From positions 225,291 through 289,290 of the IMG/VR virus record IMGVR_UViG_3300021431_002946: a stretch of 64,000 nt of DNA. One strand, 5' to 3'. The DNA is from a virus. Lineage: Duplodnaviria; Heunggongvirae; Uroviricota; Caudoviricetes. The notes under the pieces were generated by a model. That model was not told where the DNA came from, made no database searches, and worked only from the letters and a program-made list of their open reading frames with translations. Positions within the stretch are counted from its first letter, which is position 1. Every line of letters starts with the position of its first letter. Positions 49,021-57,332 of this stretch are shown in pieces. Made by a program: the position numbers and the translations under genes.

Positions 49021-49593
49021 TTGAATAGTAAAGACAAATTTTTAAAGATTGTAAATAATATTACAAGACCTGGATTTAAAGGATTTTTGGATTATCTTGA
49101 AAAATCTGATTATTTTATTGCACCTGCATCAACTAGATTTCACGATAGTTATGAAGGTGGATTGTTAGATCATTCAATAAGAGTTTATGAACATCTTAAG
49201 AAACTTGTAAAAGCTTATAAGTTAGATATTTCAGAAGAGTCTATTGCAATTGTTGCATTATTTCATGATGTATGTAAAATTAATTGTTATACAAAAGAAT
49301 CACGTTGGAAGAAAGATGAACAAAATAACTGGGAAAAATATTATACTTACGCATTTAATGAACAAGAAAAATATGGTGGACATGGTTCAAAATCAGTATT
49401 TATAATCCAGTCTTATATGCATTTATCTTTTGAAGAAGCAACTGCAATAAATTGTCATATGGGTCCTGACGGAAATGATTTTTCTTGTATGGACGCCTAT
49501 AGAGAATGTCCTTTAGCCTTTCTGCTTCATACAGCAGATATGGCAAGTACAGTTTATCAACTTAACACTCAAACCACTGAGGACGAAATATAA
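49021..49593 (+). CDS. HD-domain phosphohydrolase
   Basis: FHDSYEGGLLDHS, LFHDVCK, CHMG, LHTAD. Confidence 0.85.
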   Translation: MNSKDKFLKIVNNITRPGFKGFLDYLEKSDYFIAPASTRFHDSYEGGLLDHSIRVYEHLKKLVKAYKLDISEESIAIVALFHDVCKINCYTKESRWKKDEQNNWEKYYTYAFNEQEKYGGHGSKSVFIIQSYMHLSFEEATAINCHMGPDGNDFSCMDAYRECPLAFLLHTADMASTVYQLNTQTTEDEI

Positions 49594-49732
49594 AACATAG
49601 TCTCCTATTTCGGACTCCGAGACTATTACGTTAAGTCGTACGTTTGACCCAACGATATTGGGTCTTTTTTAATTTACATAACAATTTATTATAAATATAA
49701 TATACATATAATAAATTACATCGAGGATAATT

Positions 49733-50974
49733 ATGTTACAATCAAAGAATATTATAATTTATACTTTAATTTGTGATAAATGCAATAAAACAACAACGGT
49801 AGTTTGTAAAAACAAATCTGATTTACTTGCACAACCATTTATAATTGACTTTGATAAAAATACTTGTATTTGCACTAATTGTGCAAAAAAAGAAGCTAAA
49901 GAACAAAAAGCTTTAGAAAAAAATAATAAAGTTAAAAAACAACAATTTACAAATGATGATGTATCAAAAATATTTGATGATGTATCTTATGAAAAAACTA
50001 CGCATCCTTTAGTAGATGTTGTTGAACATATTAGAGACTCTCGTATAAAAGATATGATTATTCGACGTCTTAATGGAGAAACTTTAAATAATATTGGTGC
50101 TGTATATGGTATAACTCGAGAAAGAGTACGTCAATTAACAACAAATGTATTTTCAAAATTTTTAGTAGAAGAAGATACACTTGATGCATTATATTATTTT
50201 GCGCATTATGGATTTTTAACTAAAAATCATATGATGAAAGTATTTAATATTTCTGAACAAGTATATTATTATTATAAGTGTAGATTTGATAGAAATATGA
50301 ATACTACTAAGGATGATTTATTTACAGATGATAATTTAACTGAAGAATTAAGAATAGCATTTGATAATATATTTATATATTCTAAAGAATTAAAAGATTT
50401 ACAATGGCATAATAAGGCTATGAAGTCATATAAATATTTATTTGATAATAATCCACATAATAAATTAACAGTTTTAGATATTTTGAGAGAGTATAGTCCA
50501 ACACAAAAGAAATATATATATAAAGCACTTTGTCAATGTGAATGCGGTAATTATACAACAGTTGCAACAAATATGGTATCTCGTACGCAATCTTGTGGAT
50601 GTATTACAAAAAATGTTAAAAATTGGTTAACTCCACCAAAAACTCGTCTTACTAAACCAGTTAAATGTATTGAAACTGGTAAAATATATGCATCAATGGC
50701 TGATGCATCTAATGAGTTAAATATAAATACTGGATCTATTTCTACAAGTTGTAAATATTCTACAGCTGTAAAAGGGTATCATTTTGAATATGCAGATTCT
50801 AAGTATGGTAGAAATACTTTTGAATGTGAAAATACTAAAAAAGTAAAATGTATTGAGACTGGAGAAATATTTAATTCAGTTAATGAAGCTAAACGAAAAT
50901 ATCCTTCTGTGTCAAATATACTTTATGGACACATTAAATCTACAAAGGGTTATCATTTTGAATTTATAACATAA
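49733..50974 (+). CDS. multidomain DNA-binding protein: sigma-70 region 4-like HTH, zinc ribbon, two NUMOD1-like repeats
   Basis: TLNNIGAVYGITRERVRQL; CQCECGN...SCGC; VKCIETG..(Y/F).S...A x2. Confidence 0.65.
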   Translation: MLQSKNIIIYTLICDKCNKTTTVVCKNKSDLLAQPFIIDFDKNTCICTNCAKKEAKEQKALEKNNKVKKQQFTNDDVSKIFDDVSYEKTTHPLVDVVEHIRDSRIKDMIIRRLNGETLNNIGAVYGITRERVRQLTTNVFSKFLVEEDTLDALYYFAHYGFLTKNHMMKVFNISEQVYYYYKCRFDRNMNTTKDDLFTDDNLTEELRIAFDNIFIYSKELKDLQWHNKAMKSYKYLFDNNPHNKLTVLDILREYSPTQKKYIYKALCQCECGNYTTVATNMVSRTQSCGCITKNVKNWLTPPKTRLTKPVKCIETGKIYASMADASNELNINTGSISTSCKYSTAVKGYHFEYADSKYGRNTFECENTKKVKCIETGEIFNSVNEAKRKYPSVSNILYGHIKSTKGYHFEFIT

Positions 50975-50995
50975 TTATTTTTATGGAGGTATTTT

Positions 50996-51358
50996 ATGGA
51001 TAAATATGAAGAAGATTCTGAGTTATTAGAAAATTTTGAAAATTATCTCGAAAAAGATAAATCTAGAGCTAAAAGACGTAGAACTGATAGAAGTAAAGCA
51101 TATAGCAAGGCAAAGCTTGATAAACAGATTTCACATTTTGTGTGCTATAAAAATCTTCATCAGTATTCTAAGAATAAGATTCATTGCTCTTGTCCAGCAT
51201 GTTCTGCAAAATCAAATATGCATAAATATAAAGCTATAGGTAATAATACATATAGACGTCGTGATTGTTCAATTACTTGCAGAAGATACGGTAAGAAGAA
51301 TTATAAAATAAATGATATAAGAAGAATAGACGCATTAAATTATAGTGAGGTATCATAA
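50996..51358 (+). CDS. basic hypothetical protein
   Basis: HCSCPAC motif; RBS. Confidence 0.65.
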   Translation: MDKYEEDSELLENFENYLEKDKSRAKRRRTDRSKAYSKAKLDKQISHFVCYKNLHQYSKNKIHCSCPACSAKSNMHKYKAIGNNTYRRRDCSITCRRYGKKNYKINDIRRIDALNYSEVS

Positions 51359-51537
51359 TGGAAATTGAACACGCAATTTGGCTAGATGGTGAAGATGGTT
51401 TTGTAGAATGTTCTAATTGTGGATATATATCAAAAGAAAGATTAGATGAATGTCCAGAATGTGGTCGGTCAATGGGAATGACTGATGAAGAAGCTGAAGA
51501 ATACTTTAATAAAAGTCTTGGAATTGATAACGAATAA
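51358..51537 (+). CDS. small zinc-ribbon protein (59 aa)
   Basis: CSNCG...CPECG; GAGG RBS. Confidence 0.65.
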   Translation: MEIEHAIWLDGEDGFVECSNCGYISKERLDECPECGRSMGMTDEEAEEYFNKSLGIDNE

Positions 51538-51673
51538 CGAAAGGCTATTTATACATACTAGAGATATAATGCGATTGTATCGGCGACATGAGTATTATAT
51601 GGCTAGTTATTATATATAAATTGCAATTATATATTGCCGAATATATGAAAGTATATTTATATATAATATAGCA

Positions 51674-51735
51674 AGTTGCATAAAAACTTCCTTATTACAT
51701 TTATAATATTCATGCAAACGTTAGTTTTCGCAACT
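51674..51735 (+). ncRNA. repeated structured RNA motif M, copy 1 of 5
   Basis: AGUUGC-AUAA-AAACU-UCCUUA...UU-AGUUU-UC-GCAACU. Confidence 0.65.
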
Positions 51736-51772
51736 TAAAATGAAAGGTTATTTATTAATATAAGGTGATAAT

Positions 51773-51925
51773 ATGAAAGCAAAATGGATAGAACATAATG
51801 ATCCGAATAGAATAGATAATAAAGTTTGGTTTGAATGTTCTGATTGTGGATTTATTTCATTAATTAAATCATATGAATGCCCACATTGTAAATATATTAC
51901 ATCTAAAGAAAATAAGAAGCTGTAA
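51773..51925 (+). CDS. small zinc-ribbon protein (50 aa)
   Basis: CSDCG...CPHC; paralog-like to 51358 ORF. Confidence 0.6.
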   Translation: MKAKWIEHNDPNRIDNKVWFECSDCGFISLIKSYECPHCKYITSKENKKL

Positions 51926-52004
51926 ACGAAAGGCTATTTATTAATATAGCTGGAAGGCTATAATAAAAAAACTAATTATACATTATATGAAAGGAGTAAA
52001 AGTC

Positions 52005-52133
52005 ATGTTACAGACATCTAATCTCGGACACTATAACACAACATGGAATACCATGAGTATTGCATGTGAGGTTAAGGGTTTAGGCTTTGCTCCCGAATAT
52101 AAATCAGATAGAAAGTTTAGGACTTTTCTATAG
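52005..52133 (+). CDS. putative leader peptide (42 aa)
   Basis: Strong RBS, short ORF, terminator at 52212-52250. Confidence 0.4.
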   Translation: MLQTSNLGHYNTTWNTMSIACEVKGLGFAPEYKSDRKFRTFL

Positions 52134-52211
52134 ATTGAATTATAATTAGTATAATATAATAAATGAATAAAAAGTAATATAAAATAATATAAAACTATAA
52201 TATAATTTAAA

Positions 52212-52250
52212 CTATAGGAAAGATCTAAAAAAGGTCTTTCCTATTTTTTT
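52212..52250 (+). terminator. intrinsic terminator
   Basis: ATAGGAAAGATC/GGTCTTTCCTAT plus T-tract. Confidence 0.75.
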
Positions 52251-52379
52251 TATATCAAATTTTATAATATAAAAAATTTTTTGACATTTTTTACAAAAAG
52301 CTATTTACTTTTTTTACATTTAATATTATATTTAAACTAATAAAAATAAATGATCTTTTACAATATTAATTAATAACAT

Positions 52380-52440
52380 TCTTCTATAGCTTAATGGAAA
52401 AGCATAAAAGATGTAGGTTCGATTCCTGCTGGAAGATCCA
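52380..52440 (+). ncRNA. tRNA-like RNA lacking the anticodon arm
   Basis: Acceptor UCUUCUA/UGGAAGA plus UCCA, D-arm, 9-nt linker, T-arm. Confidence 0.65.
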
Positions 52441-52628
52441 TGGCAGAAATGCCTTGTAAATCATACTATAATGGTTTACTCCTTAATTAATTTATTGGTG
52501 GTGTGTGAAATTCAAGCTGTCGAAAGATAATCGTTAAAGCCGATTTTAAAAAGTTTTAAAAAGCTGTTTACGAAATAAAAAATTTGAGATATAATACAAA
52601 TATATTATAAGAAAGGAAGAAAAGCAAA

Positions 52629-52730
52629 ATGTTATCAGTAATGTTTAGAAATACAACAGAACCGAAGCTCTATCGCAAAGCGATTTGCGTCGATACCATT
52701 ATGCTTTTTGATTCGTCTGGACCAGGATAA
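52629..52730 (+). CDS. putative leader peptide (33 aa) upstream of tRNA array
   Basis: Promoter, RBS, short ORF, then terminator. Confidence 0.4.
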   Translation: MLSVMFRNTTEPKLYRKAICVDTIMLFDSSGPG

Positions 52731-52757
52731 GTTTAAAATAAAAACTTAATTCTATCC

Positions 52758-52790
52758 AAACGAAGATTCCTCAAAGATCTTCGTTTTTTT
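52758..52790 (+). terminator. intrinsic terminator immediately before the tRNA array
   Basis: AAACGAAGAT/ATCTTCGTTT plus T-tract. Confidence 0.75.
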
Positions 52791-52799
52791 ATTTTAAAT

Positions 52800-52874
52800 T
52801 CCGGTGTAGTTCAACGGCTAGAACGAGTGCCCTGTAAGCATTAGATGTGAGTTCGATTCTCTCCTCCGGATCCA
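52800..52874 (+). tRNA. tRNA-Thr(UGU)-like, C33
   Basis: Cloverleaf, loop CCUGUAA, CCA. Confidence 0.65.
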
Positions 52875-52933
52875 TAAATTCCTCTAATAGAGAGGTCCTG
52901 TAATTCAGAATTGCGCAATATGAATTATGGAAG

Positions 52934-53004
52934 ACTGTATAGTTTAAAATGGTAAAACGTTAGGCCTTTGCCTAAAGTTACAGGTTCGAATCCTGATTAC
53001 AGTA
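52934..53004 (+). pseudogene. degenerate tRNA (4-nt anticodon loop)
   Basis: D and T arms intact; UUAGGC-CUUU-GCCUAA. Confidence 0.5.
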
Positions 53005-53012
53005 ATTATTTT

Positions 53013-53088
53013 GGCTGAATAGCTCAGTTGGAAGAGCAGAGGACTGAAAATCCTTGTGTCACTGGTTCGATTCCAGTTTTAGCCACCA
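53013..53088 (+). tRNA. tRNA-Phe(GAA)
   Basis: Canonical cloverleaf, CCA. Confidence 0.95.
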
Positions 53089-53096
53089 CAATATAT

Positions 53097-53182
53097 GCGT
53101 CGGTATGCAAGTCTGGTCAAAGCAAGCGGTCTGTAAAACCGATCCTTCGGGTTCAGTAGTTCAAATCTACTCCGGCGCACCA
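53097..53182 (+). tRNA. tRNA-Tyr(GUA)
   Basis: Cloverleaf with variable arm, CCA. Confidence 0.92.
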
Positions 53183-53249
53183 AATAAAAAGAAAGGAAAG
53201 AAAAAATATGAAAGAACGATTTACAGAAGGTATATTTCGATATACCATT

Positions 53250-53328
53250 GGCTAGTAAGCTAATCTAGTGATAGCGGTCGCCTGAAGAGCGATGTCTTAG
53301 GTTGGAGCGGAACCAACACTAGCCACCA
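53250..53328 (+). tRNA. atypical tRNA-Phe(GAA) with non-canonical T-loop
   Basis: Loop CUGAAGA; T-loop AGCGGAA; CCA. Confidence 0.55.
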
Positions 53329-53339
53329 AATTTTTTTAT

Positions 53340-53415
53340 GGGTTCGTAGTTCAACGGCTAGACCCCCTGACTCTTAATCAGTGAAATGAGGGTTCGAATC
53401 CCTCCGAGCCCACCA
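53340..53415 (+). tRNA. tRNA-Lys(CUU)
   Basis: Cloverleaf, CCA. Confidence 0.9.
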
Positions 53416-53481
53416 GTACATAATAGCAAGTCAGAAATGATACTACTATTAAAATTGAATCTTGACAACTTAATTATTTAT

Positions 53482-53557
53482 CCACCGTTAGTGTTAGCGG
53501 CTAGCATGTCTGCCTTCCAAGCAGAAGGGGAGAGTTCAAATCTCTTACGGTGGTCCA
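53482..53557 (+). tRNA. tRNA-Gly(UCC)
   Basis: Cloverleaf, CCA. Confidence 0.9.
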
Positions 53558-53563
53558 CAATAT

Positions 53564-53638
53564 TCTCATATGATGTAATCGGTAGCATGCGTGACTGTTA
53601 ATCATTCTGTACAGGTTCGAGTCCTGTTATGAGAGCCA
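53564..53638 (+). tRNA. tRNA-Asn(GUU)
   Basis: Cloverleaf, CCA. Confidence 0.92.
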
Positions 53639-53640
53639 AA

Positions 53641-53675
53641 AGTTTGATAAGTATCTTTTTAAAAACTTATTACCA
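53641..53675 (+). repeat. dispersed hairpin-CCA element X (copies at 55911, 59049, 59270, 59486)
   Basis: AGTTTG.TA(A/G)GT-loop-AAAAAC(T/C)TAT..CCA. Confidence 0.6.
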
Positions 53676-53762
53676 AGGGGATTAACTCAACTGGTTAGAG
53701 TGCTTGCCTTACAAGCAAGAAGCGAAAGGTTACTATGGGTTCGAGTCCCTTATCCCCTACCA
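53676..53762 (+). tRNA. tRNA-Val(UAC), long variable region
   Basis: Cloverleaf, loop CUUACAA, CCA. Confidence 0.85.
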
Positions 53763-53894
53763 ATAAGGTTAGCTATAACCTTGACGTTTACTGGGTTTCA
53801 GTCCTGGTACTCGTCTTAAGTCGAAAAAAATCGTACGCAGTTCTCTATTTGAGTTGCAATAGAATATGAGATACTTAGACAAATAGCATTTTAT

Positions 53895-53973
53895 GGGGCA
53901 TGGGACTGCATGGAGTGGTCACTTGATTTGCACTCAAGAAAGCAGATGAGTTCGATTCTCATATGCTCCACCA
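53895..53973 (+). tRNA. tRNA-Ala(UGC)
   Basis: G3.U70, CCA. Confidence 0.92.
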
Positions 53974-53976
53974 ATA

Positions 53977-54040
53977 TTTTGCATACGAACTTCCTTATAT
54001 TATAACAACTGAAAATTGTTTTAAATTAGTTCTCGCAAAA
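53977..54040 (+). ncRNA. repeated structured RNA motif M, copy 2
   Basis: UUUUGC-AUAC-GAACU-UCCUUA...UU-AGUUC-UC-GCAAAA. Confidence 0.65.
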
Positions 54041-54059
54041 TTAAAAAAATTATTTATTT

Positions 54060-54118
54060 ATTCGCATATAGACTTCCTTATTTATAAGATTTTGGGTTCT
54101 TTTTTAGTCTTCGCGAAT
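54060..54118 (+). ncRNA. repeated structured RNA motif M, copy 3
   Basis: AUUCGC-AUAU-AGACU-UCCUUA...UU-AGUCU-UC-GCGAAU. Confidence 0.65.
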
Positions 54119-54123
54119 TATAT

Positions 54124-54199
54124 GGTGATATTGATGTAATGGCCAGCATAATCGGTTGTGACCCGGTTTGATCGAGTTCGAATCTCGGATATTACCCCA
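54124..54199 (+). tRNA. tRNA-His(GUG)
   Basis: G-1, C73, CCA. Confidence 0.9.
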
Positions 54200-54207
54200 C
54201 ATTTAAT

Positions 54208-54281
54208 CTAGATGTCAGTCAACGGTAGGCCGCGAGCTTTGGAGACTCGGAATGAGCGTTCGATTCGCTCCATCTAGACCA
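54208..54281 (+). tRNA. tRNA-Pro(UGG)
   Basis: Cloverleaf, CCA. Confidence 0.85.
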
Positions 54282-54286
54282 ATTAT

Positions 54287-54363
54287 CGGGATGTATCACA
54301 ATTGGTCAGTACACTTGGCTGATAACTGAGAAGTTGGAAGTTCAAATCTTCTCATCTCGACCA
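54287..54363 (+). tRNA. tRNA-Ile(GAU)
   Basis: Cloverleaf, CCA. Confidence 0.88.
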
Positions 54364-54371
54364 TAAAATAT

Positions 54372-54447
54372 TGGAATATAACTCAGTTGGTAGAGTGCAG
54401 TGCTGATAACGCTGAAGTCATGGGTTCGAGCCCCATTATTCCAACCA
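54372..54447 (+). tRNA. tRNA-Ile(GAU)
   Basis: Cloverleaf, CCA. Confidence 0.92.
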
Positions 54448-54544
54448 TTTAATTCTTTTTATTATTAACAAGTCCAATTAATAATAAAAAGTCCTGATCT
54501 ACTAAGAAAAAACAAAGGACAAGTTGGATTGATAGAGGTCAGAA

Positions 54545-54616
54545 GATGACGTAGTTTAATTGGTAAAACACTGGACATTTTGTCCGGAAATGAAGGTTCG
54601 ACTCCTTTTGTCATAT
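54545..54616 (+). pseudogene. degenerate tRNA (Lys UUU-like, A33, no CCA)
   Basis: D and T arms intact; loop CAUUUUG. Confidence 0.5.
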
Positions 54617-54621
54617 ATTAT

Positions 54622-54697
54622 GGGTGTGTAACTCAATTGGTAGAGTACCGGTCTCTTAAATCGGGAGTTGCGAGTTCAAGTCTTGTCGCACCCACCA
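54622..54697 (+). tRNA. tRNA-Lys(CUU)
   Basis: Cloverleaf, CCA. Confidence 0.92.
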
Positions 54698-54847
54698 ATA
54701 CGTGTAGATAGTGATTTATTTTGCAAGATAAATCAATATCCAAGACAAATAACATGACTGATCAACATGAAATGCGTTTATGTGGGTTCAAGTCCCAAAG
54801 GGTTAACCATACTCGAAGCCGATGTGAAGGTACACGTATATTTTTAT

Positions 54848-54923
54848 GGGTCTGTAGCTCAACTGGGAGAGCGCCTGCTCTGCAAGCAGGAGGTAGTGAG
54901 TTCAACACTCATCAGATCCACCA
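54848..54923 (+). tRNA. tRNA-Ala(UGC), C33
   Basis: G3.U70, loop UCUGCAA, CCA. Confidence 0.88.
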
Positions 54924-54927
54924 TAAT

Positions 54928-55010
54928 ATTTGCATAAAGACTTCCTTTATTTTCTGGTTCAACTCCAGAAACTTGTTAACAACGAGTTTCGGTATTTAGT
55001 CTTCGCAAAT
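54928..55010 (+). ncRNA. repeated structured RNA motif M, copy 4 (payload contains a T-loop hairpin)
   Basis: AUUUGC-AUAA-AGACU-UCCUUU...UU-AGUCU-UC-GCAAAU. Confidence 0.65.
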
Positions 55011-55015
55011 AATAT

Positions 55016-55092
55016 CTCTGGGTGATGGAATTGGTATACATACTGGACTAAGAATCCAGGTTCTGAGGGTTCGACTCCCTTCTCAGAGACCA
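55016..55092 (+). tRNA. tRNA-Leu(AAG), short variable loop
   Basis: Loop CUAAGAA, CCA. Confidence 0.85.
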
Positions 55093-55200
55093 TGTTGGAC
55101 AAGCAAGTTCAATTCTTGTAGGCTTAACGATAAGGTTCAATTCCTTATATGACTGGAAGTTAGTAAAGCTCTCTTGGTGAGATACATGTCCACACTATAT

Positions 55201-55276
55201 CTATTTGTAGCTCAGGTGGTAGAGTGCCTGGTCAGGGGCCAGGAAGTCGAGGGTTCAAGTCCCTCCAAGTAGACCA
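55201..55276 (+). tRNA. tRNA-Pro(AGG), C33
   Basis: CCUGG-UCAGGGG-CCAGG, CCA. Confidence 0.8.
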
Positions 55277-55342
55277 AAAAATAAATTTTAAGGAGAAAGA
55301 AAAATGATGTTACGAAAATGTTTTACATTACGGATTTAGTAC

Positions 55343-55417
55343 GCGTCTGTAATGTAACGGTCAGCATACCAGACTTTTAATCTGGGCGTAAGAGTTCGAA
55401 TCTCTTCAGGCGTACCA
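55343..55417 (+). tRNA. tRNA-Lys(UUU)
   Basis: Cloverleaf, CCA. Confidence 0.9.
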
Positions 55418-55423
55418 CATTTT

Positions 55424-55500
55424 GCCTGTTTGATGCAATTGGCAGACATGACTGTCTCAAAAACAGTTTCTTATGGGTTCAATTCCCATAGCAGGCACCA
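55424..55500 (+). tRNA. tRNA-Leu(CAA), short variable loop
   Basis: Cloverleaf, CCA. Confidence 0.88.
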
Positions 55501-55504
55501 ATAT

Positions 55505-55580
55505 GCTTCATTAGTCTAACTGGATAAAACTATGGATTTCTACTCCATAGTTACGGGTTCGAGTCCTGTATGAAGTACCA
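55505..55580 (+). tRNA. tRNA-Arg(UCU)
   Basis: Cloverleaf, CCA. Confidence 0.88.
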
Positions 55581-55636
55581 AATATATCAAATAATTGTTT
55601 ACGAATAAACAAATTATATGATATAATATAAAATAT

Positions 55637-55710
55637 TCTCCGGTCATTCAAAGGTAGGATAGGTGACTGTTAATCACTCAATGAAGGTTCGATTCCTTCT
55701 CGGAGAGCCA
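55637..55710 (+). tRNA. tRNA-Asn(GUU)
   Basis: Cloverleaf, CCA. Confidence 0.9.
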
Positions 55711-55832
55711 GTTCAGTGCAGGAGTGAACGAGTTGCAATCGACGGATGGGTGGTATTTAATACCTTAGCTGCACTTTAAATATTAATAATGTTCGCGCTA
55801 TTTTTATAACAACTCATGAAAATAGCATTTAT

Positions 55833-55907
55833 CGCCTCATACGATAACGGTTAGTCGGGTAGATTGTCGATCTACAGGTACGGGTTCGATTCTCGTTGGG
55901 GTGGCCA
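55833..55907 (+). tRNA. tRNA-Asp(GUC)
   Basis: Cloverleaf, GCCA. Confidence 0.88.
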
Positions 55908-55944
55908 ATAAGTTTGATAATTCTTTACAAAAATTATCATTTAT

Positions 55945-56019
55945 GGTGGCATGGTATAATGGTTATTATGGCGGACTGTCGCTCCGTCGATGAGAGTTCA
56001 ATTCCCTCTGTCATCGCCA
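55945..56019 (+). tRNA. tRNA-Asp(GUC)
   Basis: Cloverleaf, GCCA. Confidence 0.88.
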
Positions 56020-56047
56020 ATAAAATACTAATTAGTATTTTTTATAT

Positions 56048-56123
<76 letters not shown>

Positions 56124-56199
56124 GTGCCAGTTGCTAAATGGTTTGGCGTGCAGTCTGCAAAATTGCATTTCATCGGTTCGAATCCGATCTGGCATTCCA
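56124..56199 (+). tRNA. tRNA-Cys(GCA)
   Basis: Cloverleaf, UCCA. Confidence 0.9.
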
Positions 56200-56200
56200 C

Positions 56201-56322
56201 TTCTTGCATAAGAACTTCCTTAGTTTCCAAGCCGTGGGTTGTAGGTTCGAGTCCTACCTTCCTCATTTTGAGGAAGTAGCTCAATGGTAGAGCAACAGTC
56301 TCCCCATTAGTTCCAGCAAGAA
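56201..56322 (+). ncRNA. motif M copy 5 enclosing a circularly permuted tRNA (Gly-like): 3' half 56222-56265, 5' half 56270-56306
   Basis: T-arm plus CUUCCUC-A precede GAGGAAG plus D-arm; flanks pair UUCUUGC/GCAAGAA and GAACU/AGUUC. Confidence 0.75.
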
Positions 56323-56328
56323 AATTAT

Positions 56329-56465
56329 AAGGATGTGGCGAAATAGGAAAACGCCGGATGTGACTCGTTCTGTATACATAAAAATATTTATTAAATATAC
56401 TAGTCAATTTAATACTTATGATATACAGTGTAGAATTGCAGGTTCAACTCCTGCCATCCTTACCA
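56329..56465 (+). ncRNA. tRNA-like RNA with large insert replacing anticodon arm
   Basis: Acceptor AAGGAUG/CAUCCUU plus ACCA, D-arm, T-arm. Confidence 0.6.
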
Positions 56466-56469
56466 AAAT

Positions 56470-56547
56470 GCAGGTATCGTATAGTTTGGTCTATTACACT
56501 GCCTTGCCAAGGCAGATACGCCGGTTCAAATCCGACTACTTGCTCCA
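56470..56547 (+). tRNA. tRNA-Gly(GCC)
   Basis: Cloverleaf, UCCA. Confidence 0.92.
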
Positions 56548-56708
56548 ATACTATTATAAAATAATATTTATAGTAAATTGTAATGCTGGTGCAAAGGTGT
56601 GGATGAAGAACAAAGATTTAATATTGATCTTAAAGTTCGATTCTTTTCCACTTACAATTTAAGCATCTTAATATCCACATAAGAGAAGATGTTATAATAG
56701 TTTTTTAT

Positions 56709-56786
56709 CGCTACGTAGCTCAGTTGGCCAGCAGCAGTCGGTTCATACCCGTCAGGTCGTGCGTTCGAATCGCACCGTAGCGACCA
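56709..56786 (+). tRNA. tRNA-Met(CAU)
   Basis: Cloverleaf, CCA. Confidence 0.88.
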
Positions 56787-56793
56787 ATAAAAT

Positions 56794-56868
56794 GGGTTTG
56801 TAATATAATGGAATTATACCAGACTTTTAATCTGCGATATGAGAGTTCGATTCTCTCCAGACCCACCA
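56794..56868 (+). tRNA. tRNA-Lys(UUU)
   Basis: Cloverleaf, CCA. Confidence 0.88.
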
Positions 56869-56877
56869 AAAATTATT

Positions 56878-56952
56878 GTGCTTATAGTATAATGGATATT
56901 ACATCAGTTTCCTAAACTGAAAATTAAAGTTCAATTCTTTATAAGCACACCA
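56878..56952 (+). tRNA. tRNA-Arg(CCU)
   Basis: Cloverleaf, CCA. Confidence 0.88.
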
Positions 56953-56958
56953 TTTTAT

Positions 56959-57053
56959 GATAACGTGAGCCCAATTGGTAAGGCGATTGTTTGGAAAGCA
57001 GTTTATCGATTTAAAAGATTGATATGCAGGTTCAAGTCCTGTCGTTATCGCCA
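56959..57053 (+). tRNA. tRNA-Ser(GGA)
   Basis: Long variable arm, GCCA. Confidence 0.88.
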
Positions 57054-57173
57054 AGAAATTATTTACATATATAAAAATATATGATATAATTTTATAGTAA
57101 GTAAGAGGTGTAGTTCTATTTGGCTCCCCGGCATAAAAATAGACGAGACTTGTCCGCCTCTTACTTATACTAT

Positions 57174-57249
57174 CTCTCCATAGTCTAATGGTAGTGACGC
57201 TGGGCCTTCAACCCGGAAGCGAGGAGTTCAATTCTCCCTGGAGGGACCA
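57174..57249 (+). tRNA. tRNA-Glu(UUC), C33
   Basis: Loop CCUUCAA, CCA. Confidence 0.82.
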
Positions 57250-57255
57250 ATAAAT

Positions 57256-57331
57256 CGCGGCGTGGAGAAGTGGTTAACTCGCCAGGCTTTCAATCTGGTA
57301 TTCGACGGTTCGAACCCGTTCGCCGTGACCA
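57256..57331 (+). tRNA. tRNA-Glu(UUC)
   Basis: Cloverleaf, CCA. Confidence 0.9.
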
Positions 57332-57332
57332 A

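Noticed and set aside
23250-51239. Alternate-frame + strand ORFs nested in real genes (23250, 28754, 32333, 33188, 43825, 51036)
   Set aside because: Frame-shifted by-products of low-complexity or AT-rich coding sequence
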